From an uncultured Acholeplasmataceae bacterium (GTDB lineage: Bacteria > Bacillota_I > Bacilli_A > Acholeplasmatales > Acholeplasmataceae): a DNA stretch of 64,000 bases. The stretch covers positions 16,741 through 80,740 of the forward strand of contig CAUUEZ010000004.1 of NCBI GenBank assembly GCA_963544405.1, written 5' to 3'. Every line of letters begins with the position of its first letter. Positions within the stretch are counted from its first letter, which is position 1. Position numbers and translations under genes: made by a program. Positions 8,787-17,666 of the stretch are shown here, piece after piece. The notes beneath the pieces are model-generated. The model was not told the DNA's origin, ran no database searches, and saw nothing but the letters and a program-made list of their open reading frames with translations.

Positions 8787-11700
8787 CTACATATTGTCTT
8801 TGGAAAGCACCAGTCCGCGAACTATATTTGGATTTGAACGAACCGCTTCAAGTTCTGGAGTTATATAATATGGTTTACTAAACTCATTATCTAGTTGTTT
8901 TTTGCCAATCACATAGCACCAATAAGTCATCATCTCACTTTGCTCGTAAATTGGCAGATAACTTAAGTCATTTTGAGCATATCCATGTGGTAGAGCAGTG
9001 AAATCAATGCCACGCCAAAACTTAGAAACTCCTGTGTGTTGTCTAAAAATAGCCCTAGCGTAGTCAGTAGGTTCTTTTCTAAGTTGCGGTTTTAGTTGAG
9101 GATCGCGAATTGCCTTATCTAAACTCATTGGTTTATCAGAAAAAGATATAAGCGGTGCAAATAAATCACGCATCCAAGAAATATATTGAATATTTTTAAT
9201 TTGTTCTATAATTATTGAGCCGTCAAATTGAGCGTCTGCATCTTGCTTGTAAAGCGAAAAAGGCAGATAGTCAATGATTTTTTTAGTAAAGAATCCAGTG
9301 TTTCCAGGGATTTGAACAAACTCAATTGGTTCGTATTTGTAGTATTTGCCTGCAATAACTTCGTATTGTTCTTCGTTTTTATCAAAAACAACTTTTCGAG
9401 TGTAAGAAGTTCTCAATGATTCACCGTTAAATACAAGTCTTAGTTCCAGTGATTGATATTCTGCTTCTTGCCAAATACTAGACTGAGAAAGCGCAACTTC
9501 GGTTTGTGGATAATAATTGGCTTTACGATCGTTGAAAACCTTGATTTCAACAGTTAAATTACTTTTAACCTCATGTGTTTCAACTTCTGATTTTGTCTTT
9601 GTAACACCATCTAACTTAAACTTTAAAAAGTCGTTTTGTTTTAAATCATAGTAGTTTATTTCGCCAATTTGCTCACCATATCTGCGGGTTCTTTCATCAA
9701 GTTTAACTTTTGAGTTTATAACATTAAAGACTACTTTGTATTTTTTTCTAAAAACAGTAATTCTGATCATGTTTAAATATTCATAAACAGAAACAACTAT
9801 GCTCATTTTGTCAGCTTCCCATCTTTCGTAAACATTTGTGTCTTCAATTGAGTAAGAAACTGTGTGGACAGAGCCAACTCGCGCAGTTTTTTCCTCTTTA
9901 GTTTCAGTAAAGCCACCGTTTGGGTCTTCTTTTAAGATGAAGTATCTAATTTTTCTTGTTCTGTAATTAGTTACTGCATAAATATTTAAACTATCAATAT
10001 TTTTCTCTGCAATAAACTTATTTTGAACAGGTCCGTTTGGAGTCAAAGCCCAACCTACAAAGTAATGTGTGTTTTCCATGCTATATCCAGGAGTTTCAAT
10101 TTCTCTCGTTTTCTTAACTATTTTTTCTTCATAATCCAAGGTTTTTACACCGTTTGCCTTAATAAAATTAACCTTAACAGTTTTTAAGCGGTAATGCTGA
10201 TATACCACAGTTGAGTCGTCACCTGGTCGTAAGTCTGCTCTTAGTTTTGGTTCCCATTGAGGGTCTTTTTCATATAAGTTAGTGTCAAGATTAGCAAGTG
10301 GAGTGTAAGTCGCTCCGTCTTCTACTTTTTGGTTGTACTTAGTTTCAACTACAGCATCGTATTTACCATTTAAAGTAAAGTCTTCGCCTTGTTTTTCTAA
10401 ATAATGATGCACTTCGTAGTTAACTCTTTCAATGACTTCTTCAAAATAAGCAACTAGGGTAGTGTCTCTAGTAATTCTTTGAGTGTTGAAGTTAAACTCA
10501 GATACTTTTGCGTAAGTATTGTTCATTTCTGATTTATCTTGCCATTGAATAAAATTGTATGTACGCCCTTTTCTAGTTAAAACAGGAGTTTCAGGAACTT
10601 GAATTCTAGAACCATATTTAGCGTGAATTGCTACAGGTTCTTTTTTAACTTCAACATCTTCAAAGTGATTGCCATTGAAGTTAGCCTCAAAGTTAACTGT
10701 AAACTCTTTACGTTTGTAGTTTAGAGTAAAGACTTCAGTGTTGTCACCCGTGATTTTCTTGGTTTCAAAAGGACCAACTACTTCAAATCCTTGTTCGTAG
10801 CCTGGAAGTTTTTTGTCTTCGCCAACTGATACATTAGTTCCAATTAACGCCTCGCCAGTTGAAGTTTTAATTTCTTGCTGAATATCGTCAACTCCTTCAA
10901 AAATATGGCGAATTGTATAGCGCACATTAGTCTTTAAAACTAAGAAAATTGCAACTAAAGTAGTGTCTTTAGTAATTTGATCGGCGTCAAAATCAAAAGG
11001 TCTAATCATTTCATATTCGCCGTTCATGATGGCTTTATCTTGCCAATCACCAAAATTAAATTGATATCCTGCTAACTTTAATGATGGGTTTTGAATAGGT
11101 TTTTTGGCTTTTGCTTGGTATTTGACAGTTTGAGTAGCAGGTTGATTTTCAACAGTAGCACCTTTAAAGTGATTACCGTTGAAATTAACTTCAAAAGTTA
11201 CAGTGTAGGATTTGCGAACATAGTTTAAAGTAAAGATAGTTGTACCGTCTGGTTTGATAGTTTGAGTTTGTTTCTGCTCTTCTACTGTAAAGTGCTCGTC
11301 AAACTCAGTTAATCTTTGGGCACGAGAAACTGTTTGAGTTGAGTCGGCTAGGGCTTGATGAGTTCTTGCGTCAACTCTTTGAGCGATGTCGTCAACGCCT
11401 TCAAAGACGTGGTTGATTGTATAGTTAACAGACTTGGCGTTTTCAGTAAAGTAAGCAACTAATGTAGTGTTGCCAGTAACTCTAGCGTTGGCAAAATCAT
11501 ACTCTTGGATTTGTGAATAGTTGCCGTTCATTGCAGTTTTTTCTTGCCATTGGACAAATGTATAGTTGTAGCCTTCCTTGGTTAATTTAGGGTCAACTGC
11601 TGGTTTTTGTACTTTGCCTTGGTATTTAACCTGAACAGATTGAGGTTGATTATCAATGTCCACGTCACTAAAGTGGTTGTCGTTGTAGTTAACCTCGTAG

Positions 11701-14700
11701 TTTACGGTGTAAGACTTGCGTTTATATTCAAGAGTGAACACAGTTGAGCCGTCTGGTTTAATTTGTTTAGTTTGGCTTTGGTCTTCAACTGTAAAGTGTT
11801 CTTCGTATTCAGCAAGGCGTTGTGCTTTAGATACTGTAACAGATGAGTCTGCAAGTGCTTGGTGAACTCTAGCCTCTGTTTTTTGGGCAATATCATCAAC
11901 TCCTTCAATTACGTGGTTGATTGTATAGTTAACAGGTTTGGCGTTTTCAGTAAAGTAAGCAACTAAAGTAGTGTTGCCAGTAACTCTAGCGTTGGCAAAA
12001 TCATACTCTTGGATTTGTGAATAGTTGCCGTTCATTGCAGTTTTTTCTTGCCATTGGACAAATGTATAGTTGTAGCCTTCCTTGGTTAATTTAGGGTCAA
12101 CTGCTGGTTTTTGTACTTTGCCTTGGTATTTAACCTGAACAGATTGAGGTTGATTATCAATGTCCACGTCACTAAAGTGGTTGTCGTTGTAGTTAACCTC
12201 GTAGTTTACGGTGTAAGACTTGCGTTTATATTCAAGAGTGAACACAGTTGAGCCGTCTGGTTTAATTTGTTTAGTTTGGCTTTGGTCTTCAACTGTAAAG
12301 TGTTCTTCGTATTCAGGTAGTCTTTGAGCACGAGATACAGTATGGCTTGAATCAGCAATTGCAGTGTAGGTTCTAGTTATTGTCTGTTCTGCAATTCCAT
12401 CATCTGTTCCTTCAATTATGTGGTTAATTGTATAGTTAACTGCATTTGCAGTTTCTGCAAAGTAGGCAACTAAAGTAGTGTCTTTTTCAACCCTGTAGTC
12501 ATTGAAGTTAAAGCCAGCGGTTGGTTTATACTGACCGTTCATGGCAACCTTTTCTTGCCATTGCACGAAAGTATATGAGTATCCTACTCTAGATAAAGTT
12601 GGGTTTTTAGCAGGTTTAGTAATCTTGCCTTGGTATTTAACAGATTGGCTTTGTGGTTCATTTCCAAACATTGCGTCTGTAAATTGTGTACCATTGAAGT
12701 TAACCTCGTAAGTCACAGTGTAAGATTTGCGAACGTAGTTTAAAGTAAAGACAGTTTTGCCGTCTCCTTTGATTTTATGGGTTTGACTTTGCTCTTCAAC
12801 TGTAAAGTGTTCGTCAAACTCAGTTAGTCTTTGGTCGCGAGAAACCGTAACTTCGGTATCGGTTAACGCTTGATGAGTTCTTGCGTCAGTTCTTGCGGCA
12901 ATATCGTCAACTCCTTCAAAGACGTGCTTGATTGTATAGTTAACTTTTTCTACAGTTTCAACAAAGTAAGCAAGCAAGAAAAGATTGCCATTTACTCGGT
13001 CATTTTCAAAGTCAAAACCTGCAATTTCTTGATAAGTTCCGTTCATTTTAGACTCATCTTGCCAATGGACAAAACGATAAGAGTAGCCTTCTTTAACTAT
13101 TGCTGGTGTAACTGGTGGTTTTTTAACTTTTGCTTGGTATTTTGCTTTATATGGTTCAGGTTCATCTGCAGCAAGCCTAGCATCATTGAAAGGTGGATCT
13201 ACTAAATATCCTCTGTGGCCTGCATAAAAGACGTCATATAACTTACGCATGTATTTTAAAGTAAATACAGTAGTACCGTCTGCGTTGATAGTTTTGGTTT
13301 GATTTAAACCATCAATTGTAAAGTGTTCATCAAACTCAGGCAGTCTGTGTTCTTGGGTTACTGTGAAGGTAGTTCCTACTTTTGTTGTTTTGGAAACAAC
13401 CCTGGTTTCTTCTTGAATGTCGTCAACACCTTCAATTACGTGTTTAATTTGATAAATGGTTGTAGTTTTCTCTTCTTTAAAGTAAGCAACTAGTTCAACG
13501 TCACCAGTAATTGGCTGACTAAAATCATAAGCTTGCGTTTGAATGTACTGTCCATTCATAGATGATTTAAGTTGCCATTGCACAAAAGTATACGCGTAGT
13601 CTGGTTTAGTAATAGAAGGATTTGCTGGCTGTGTTGCTTTTTCTTCGTATTTCACAGTTTGTGAAAAACTTGGGGTAATGTCTCCAGTAAAGCGATTTTG
13701 GAAGTTAGTTTCGTAGTTTACGTTAAAGCGACGACGACGATATTTTAAAGTAAACTGAGTAGTAAACTCAGAACTTATTTGTTTGGTTTCAGGTTGAGTG
13801 GTTTCTAGTTCAAAACCGTGTTCGTGTCCGGTTTGCTTGTCTTGTTGAGATACTGTTACAAAACTGTCAACCAGCGCTTGTCTAGTTTCAGTTTCTACTC
13901 TGTCAGCCTCTCCATCTTTTCCTTCAAATACGTGTTTAATTTCATAGTTAACTTGGTCTTTTGCGACTTTAGTGTGCTCAACATAGATAGTTTTGTCGCT
14001 AAAAATACGCTCAGTTAAGTAATTGAAAGTTGTACCGTTTTCATTTGTAAAACGGCTAAACTCATATAAATAAGGACTAATTTTGGTATTGTATTGTTGT
14101 GGATTTAAGTCAAGTAGTTCGCCTTTTTTAACCAACCTTACTTCTTTGGTGCCAAGTAATTTATTGACAATAGTTGCCACAACTGTAGTGTCTGGCAGCG
14201 GGGTATTTGGGTCTTTTTCAAAAATAGGATAAAGTGTTGTGTTTTCAGTCAACACATCGTTTAGGCCAAATTGACCTTTAATTTCGTTGTCATTAAAGTA
14301 AGCCCAGTGTTTAAAGCGGTAGCCTGCTTTTGAAACTTCGGGTAAGGTTCCTTTAAATGTTTGGTTTTTTGGACTAGTTTGAACTGACAAGACAGAAGTT
14401 GTCTCTGAAAGGAAAGTAACTTTAATTAAACTTGGGTCAAGCGGTTTTGGTTGACTTGGGTTATTAGGATCTGGAATATCTGAAGACACCACAAAATTAT
14501 AAAGTCCAAAAACGTTAAGTTCAAAAATTCCTGGCTCTACAGTGTCGTTGATATTGAATTTCTTATTTATATCTGCGTTTAAATACCAGTCTCTGAAGGT
14601 AAATTTACCCAAAAGATGGTTTTTTTCAGCAAGTTTTTGGGCAAGTACTGCGTTAATTTCAGCTTTGTCTTTATCTTGAATTTTGTTGTCTTTTAAGGTA

Positions 14701-16238
14701 AGTGTTTTTTCGTATACTACTTTGCCGTCAATACTGTCAATTACTCTAAACTTAACATCTCTGTCTGGAGTTGGCAGTTTAAGTTCACGCATGTGGGCCT
14801 TTAAAGTTAAGTCACTTTCAATTGGTTCGTTGAAGTCAAAGCGTTTACCGGTGTCTTTGCCAGAAACCGGATCTACTACAGTCCAGTAGTCAAGTTCTGA
14901 AAACTGACCGTTTTCATATCCTGTAACCATTGAAGGCAGTGAGTAGTTTAAATCAAGTTTGTCACCGTGCATTGTGTAGACAGGCACGAGCTGATTGGCG
15001 TAAGCAGGAGTAATAAAAGTTATCTTGTGGTCGTGTGGAGCTGTAGATGTTCTTCTTGATTTAAGGTATAGAGACATGTTTTTGTTGGCTGTGTTGTTGC
15101 CAGGTGTAAAGTCATATCTTTGAGTTAAAGCCTCGTCTGTATACCAACCCAGAGCTTCATATCCTGGTTTGTTTGGTTTGAAGTTTTCAATTGGAGTTCC
15201 TTTTTTGATAATTGCAAAGTAAATTCTTTCTGGACCGTCAAAATAAGAAATCGCAACATATCCCATTTTATTGATATCATCGCCTACTTGGTTTGAAATT
15301 TCGTATTTATATCTAGCGGTTAACTTAAATTCTCCCTTAACCCAACTAGGAACAGTAATTTCTTCACCGATTCCAACGTTAACACGGCTACCAGTTTCAT
15401 CGTAGTAAAACCAACCTAAAAACTCAGTAACATAGAAAGGTGCTTGATTGAACTTAAGTTTTAAGCCTTTGTCTTTTGGATTTAGAGTTTTAAGAGTTTT
15501 TTGAGAGCGCGCAATTCGCTCTAAAATAAAAGTTTTTTGGATATTGTTTTCAAAAATACCAGGTAGTACAAAGTCGTAGTTAACAATAATTTCGTTAGTT
15601 GTGTTAACCAAGAAAGCATGGCCTTTGGCTTCGTTTTTTGAGAAAACTAAACTTTTGGAAACTGGGTATTTTTCTTTTTGGCCGTCTTTATCAAAACGGA
15701 AAAAACTCTCAAATTTATATAGTTCTTCTTTGATGTGTCTAAACTCATGATCCATTTTGTGGTAAGGAAGCACGATTGGTTTTCTAGTTTGACCTAAATG
15801 ATTTTTTTCAAAAAATACGCGCAGGTAATTTGAGTAGTCAATAATAACGTTGTACTTAGTTTTGATGCCAAATAGGTTTTTAACAGTTATCTCAAAAATG
15901 ATTTCATCGTGCTTAACATTAGTAAAATCAATAGCAAGGGTTTTGTCTTTCTTTGGTTGAATTGAGACAACCGAACCAAGGCGGTTGGTGGTAAACCAAT
16001 TCATCTTAATCGGAATTTGTGTGTGATTAACGATGTCTGCGCTTTCTGGCACGACAAATCTGATTTTACCTTTTTCGTATAGCACTGCTTCATTTTTAGG
16101 AAAACCACTTTCTTTTGAAAGATAAACAGTTGGACGAATTAAAAGTAAAATTAAAAATACTGCTAGTGCAGCAACGATTAACATGCTGGCAGCTATTTTT
16201 GGAAGTATGGATTTTTTTCGGTTAACTGAATTGTTCAT
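8787..16238 (-). CDS. Giant membrane-anchored repeat protein, paralog 2 (~2483 aa). It has an N-terminal TM anchor and a shared N-domain. These are followed by Flg_new/InlB B-repeat-like units and ~9-10 MucBP-like plus B-repeat modules, then a unique ~245-aa C-terminal domain.
   Basis: ORF 8787..16262. The likely start is ATG 16238 (MNNSVNRKK...), preceded by AAAGGA. The TM segment is AASMLIVAALAVFLILLLI. The N-domain aligns with paralog 1 (TVY.SK.S.FPK...RFVVPE...NWFTTNRLG...AIDF...IIDFSN(F/Y)LRVFF). A canonical B-repeat signature is present (GYEALGWYTDEALTQRYDF...LYLKS). Confidence 0.9.
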   Translation of the reverse strand: MNNSVNRKKSILPKIAASMLIVAALAVFLILLLIRPTVYLSKESGFPKNEAVLYEKGKIRFVVPESADIVNHTQIPIKMNWFTTNRLGSVVSIQPKKDKTLAIDFTNVKHDEIIFEITVKNLFGIKTKYNVIIDYSNYLRVFFEKNHLGQTRKPIVLPYHKMDHEFRHIKEELYKFESFFRFDKDGQKEKYPVSKSLVFSKNEAKGHAFLVNTTNEIIVNYDFVLPGIFENNIQKTFILERIARSQKTLKTLNPKDKGLKLKFNQAPFYVTEFLGWFYYDETGSRVNVGIGEEITVPSWVKGEFKLTARYKYEISNQVGDDINKMGYVAISYFDGPERIYFAIIKKGTPIENFKPNKPGYEALGWYTDEALTQRYDFTPGNNTANKNMSLYLKSRRTSTAPHDHKITFITPAYANQLVPVYTMHGDKLDLNYSLPSMVTGYENGQFSELDYWTVVDPVSGKDTGKRFDFNEPIESDLTLKAHMRELKLPTPDRDVKFRVIDSIDGKVVYEKTLTLKDNKIQDKDKAEINAVLAQKLAEKNHLLGKFTFRDWYLNADINKKFNINDTVEPGIFELNVFGLYNFVVSSDIPDPNNPSQPKPLDPSLIKVTFLSETTSVLSVQTSPKNQTFKGTLPEVSKAGYRFKHWAYFNDNEIKGQFGLNDVLTENTTLYPIFEKDPNTPLPDTTVVATIVNKLLGTKEVRLVKKGELLDLNPQQYNTKISPYLYEFSRFTNENGTTFNYLTERIFSDKTIYVEHTKVAKDQVNYEIKHVFEGKDGEADRVETETRQALVDSFVTVSQQDKQTGHEHGFELETTQPETKQISSEFTTQFTLKYRRRRFNVNYETNFQNRFTGDITPSFSQTVKYEEKATQPANPSITKPDYAYTFVQWQLKSSMNGQYIQTQAYDFSQPITGDVELVAYFKEEKTTTIYQIKHVIEGVDDIQEETRVVSKTTKVGTTFTVTQEHRLPEFDEHFTIDGLNQTKTINADGTTVFTLKYMRKLYDVFYAGHRGYLVDPPFNDARLAADEPEPYKAKYQAKVKKPPVTPAIVKEGYSYRFVHWQDESKMNGTYQEIAGFDFENDRVNGNLFLLAYFVETVEKVNYTIKHVFEGVDDIAARTDARTHQALTDTEVTVSRDQRLTEFDEHFTVEEQSQTHKIKGDGKTVFTLNYVRKSYTVTYEVNFNGTQFTDAMFGNEPQSQSVKYQGKITKPAKNPTLSRVGYSYTFVQWQEKVAMNGQYKPTAGFNFNDYRVEKDTTLVAYFAETANAVNYTINHIIEGTDDGIAEQTITRTYTAIADSSHTVSRAQRLPEYEEHFTVEDQSQTKQIKPDGSTVFTLEYKRKSYTVNYEVNYNDNHFSDVDIDNQPQSVQVKYQGKVQKPAVDPKLTKEGYNYTFVQWQEKTAMNGNYSQIQEYDFANARVTGNTTLVAYFTENAKPVNYTINHVIEGVDDIAQKTEARVHQALADSSVTVSKAQRLAEYEEHFTVEDQSQTKQIKPDGSTVFTLEYKRKSYTVNYEVNYNDNHFSDVDIDNQPQSVQVKYQGKVQKPAVDPKLTKEGYNYTFVQWQEKTAMNGNYSQIQEYDFANARVTGNTTLVAYFTENAKSVNYTINHVFEGVDDIAQRVDARTHQALADSTQTVSRAQRLTEFDEHFTVEEQKQTQTIKPDGTTIFTLNYVRKSYTVTFEVNFNGNHFKGATVENQPATQTVKYQAKAKKPIQNPSLKLAGYQFNFGDWQDKAIMNGEYEMIRPFDFDADQITKDTTLVAIFLVLKTNVRYTIRHIFEGVDDIQQEIKTSTGEALIGTNVSVGEDKKLPGYEQGFEVVGPFETKKITGDNTEVFTLNYKRKEFTVNFEANFNGNHFEDVEVKKEPVAIHAKYGSRIQVPETPVLTRKGRTYNFIQWQDKSEMNNTYAKVSEFNFNTQRITRDTTLVAYFEEVIERVNYEVHHYLEKQGEDFTLNGKYDAVVETKYNQKVEDGATYTPLANLDTNLYEKDPQWEPKLRADLRPGDDSTVVYQHYRLKTVKVNFIKANGVKTLDYEEKIVKKTREIETPGYSMENTHYFVGWALTPNGPVQNKFIAEKNIDSLNIYAVTNYRTRKIRYFILKEDPNGGFTETKEEKTARVGSVHTVSYSIEDTNVYERWEADKMSIVVSVYEYLNMIRITVFRKKYKVVFNVINSKVKLDERTRRYGEQIGEINYYDLKQNDFLKFKLDGVTKTKSEVETHEVKSNLTVEIKVFNDRKANYYPQTEVALSQSSIWQEAEYQSLELRLVFNGESLRTSYTRKVVFDKNEEQYEVIAGKYYKYEPIEFVQIPGNTGFFTKKIIDYLPFSLYKQDADAQFDGSIIIEQIKNIQYISWMRDLFAPLISFSDKPMSLDKAIRDPQLKPQLRKEPTDYARAIFRQHTGVSKFWRGIDFTALPHGYAQNDLSYLPIYEQSEMMTYWCYVIGKKQLDNEFSKPYYITPELEAVRSNPNIVRGLVLSKDNM
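11437..12316 (-). repeat. Two adjacent 504-bp coding modules sharing a nearly identical ~375-bp core (recent tandem duplication or gene conversion)
   Basis: gcgttttcagtaaagtaagcaact starts at 11437 and again at 11941, an offset of 504 nt. I read ~375 nt as identical except one mismatch (aatgtag vs aaagtag). The encoded 168-aa blocks (NYTINHVIEGVDDIAQKTEARVHQALADSSVTVS...TLVAYFTENAK) are duplicated in the ORF translation. Confidence 0.9.
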
Positions 16239-16301
16239 AAATATCCTTTCAACTAAAGGCAATACAGCCTTTTTTTAAGTCTTGAAAAATTTACTGTATC
16301 A

Positions 16302-16307
16302 ATTATA
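16302..16307 (-). promoter_or_regulatory. Candidate -10 box (TATAAT) for giant gene 2
   Basis: The minus strand reads ccaataTATAATtgat, ~64 nt upstream of ATG 16238. No good -35 is present. The T15 tract ends ~36 nt upstream of this hexamer. Confidence 0.3.
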
Positions 16308-16343
16308 TATTGGATTGATTTTTTAAATTGGGCATTTAAATCC

Positions 16344-16358
16344 AAAAAAAAAAAAAAA
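16344..16358. repeat. Homopolymer A15 (T15 on the coding strand), upstream of giant gene 2
   Basis: Counted directly: c16343, a16344-a16358, c16359. On the minus strand it is preceded by a weak hairpin, AGCC-cttgtaa-GGCT. Confidence 0.95.
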
Positions 16359-16716
16359 CAGCCTTACAAGGGCTTTTAGTTGTGTATGCATGTTAATTTG
16401 GTCAACGATTTACTGTAGTTTATTAAACATAAATAATAGTAATTGATATAGAATAATCGCTAAAATTTTAATAAAATTAAAATGTATAAAAAACAAACTG
16501 TTTTATATTTTAATGCCTTTGTTAGGCTAAAAACTTAGAATAAGTTTTGTTTTTTAAGATTTTTTGTTCGCTTAATTAAGGCAAAATAAAAAGACTAAAA
16601 TACATACACTTTTAGCATTTTTTAAACAAATTATTTTTAAAACTTAGATACTAAAAAACCAAAACAAACGTTTACTTTGTGAAAAAACTAATCGTTTTCA
16701 AGACAGTAAAACTGAG

Positions 16717-17145
16717 CTATTTTCCTAAAATATAGTCCAAAGCATCGAAGTAAGACTGTTGTTTTTTGCCTTGAAACTGAGCAAGTGCCAGGTCTTTAAA
16801 TAAGTCAATTTTGCGAAAGTCTTCGCGCAAACTTATATCAGATAAATGAACTGTGATAAGTTTTGCTTTAATAATTTCAGCAGCATCTCTGACAGCAATA
16901 GAGTAGTGGGTAAATGCGGCTGGATTGAAAACTACGTAGTCAAAACGAGTAGTTGCAAGATGTAGCATATCAATGATTTTGCTCTCTGCGTTAGATTGCA
17001 AGAAATGCAATTTTAAATGTTTTTTGTATCTAGTTTTAATTTCTTTAATTAACTTACTTAAAGTAAAGTCCCCGTAATGCGCAAGGTCTCTTTGGCCAAG
17101 CATATCAAGGTTTGGTCCGTTTAGTACTAATACTTTTTTCATCAT
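16717..17145 (-). CDS. aroQ: 3-dehydroquinate dehydratase, type II
   Basis: 142 aa. The N-terminus VLVLNGPNLDMLGQRDLAHYG is the type II DHQase signature, and shikimate-pathway genes are nearby. Confidence 0.85.
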   Translation of the reverse strand: MMKKVLVLNGPNLDMLGQRDLAHYGDFTLSKLIKEIKTRYKKHLKLHFLQSNAESKIIDMLHLATTRFDYVVFNPAAFTHYSIAVRDAAEIIKAKLITVHLSDISLREDFRKIDLFKDLALAQFQGKKQQSYFDALDYILGK

Positions 17146-17153
17146 TAACTCCT

Positions 17154-17666
17154 TTAAATAACAGTTGGTCTACTGTTTATGATTTTTTTAAAAATTTCTT
17201 TGGGCGCTAAGTTTTTAGTGTCAATAACTTTGCATTTTATTTTCTTGCCAACTAGCGTTCTTTTTAAAAAAAATGATTTACCTGAGTTTAGCAGAGGACG
17301 CGTGTCTTGATTTGTTTTTTTGTTTTGGCGAATTAAAAACTCGCGGTAACTTAACTTAAGATAAACAAGTAGAAAATCATTAACTGACAGTTTTAAAAGA
17401 AATTCACGGTTTAATTTATTTGAAATAAAGCCACCACCCAGAAAAATATAGTCAGGTTTTTGCGTTAGTAAATCCTTTAGAACTTTTAATTCAAGTGCTC
17501 TAAAACTAGTCTCACCATTAGTTAAAATAAAGTCACGACAACTCATTTTAACTTGTTTTTCAACTTCTAAGTCAAGGTCAAAAACCATAAATTTATTTAA
17601 GTCAGAGATTAAAGTAAAAAGTGTGGTTTTGCCAACTAGAGTTGGTCCAAAAATAATTTTGGTCAT
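17154..17666 (-). CDS. aroK: Shikimate kinase
   Basis: 170 aa. It has a P-loop (GPTLVGKTT), FDLDLEVE...NGETSFRALE...GGG and DTRPLL, which match the shikimate kinase layout. It is adjacent to aroQ. Confidence 0.7.
   Translation of the reverse strand: MTKIIFGPTLVGKTTLFTLISDLNKFMVFDLDLEVEKQVKMSCRDFILTNGETSFRALELKVLKDLLTQKPDYIFLGGGFISNKLNREFLLKLSVNDFLLVYLKLSYREFLIRQNKKTNQDTRPLLNSGKSFFLKRTLVGKKIKCKVIDTKNLAPKEIFKKIINSRPTVI

Noticed and set aside
7662-14889. Plus-strand ORFs of 60-111 aa inside the giant genes (7662..7904, 9228..9419, 12870..13205, 13818..14018, 14683..14889), the nested same-strand minus ORF 11702..11908, and 1052..1300
   Set aside because: All are antisense to, or nested out of frame within, a strongly supported long CDS. 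They have low-complexity F/L/S/V-rich translations typical of the reverse frame of AT-rich coding DNA, and I saw no SD.
16344-16378. Calling the T15 tract simply an intrinsic terminator of the aroQ operon
   Set aside because: Not fully rejected, and kept as the alternative in the finding. The preceding stem is only 4 bp with a 7-nt loop and lies ~340 nt past the aroQ stop, so it is unconvincing as the sole explanation.
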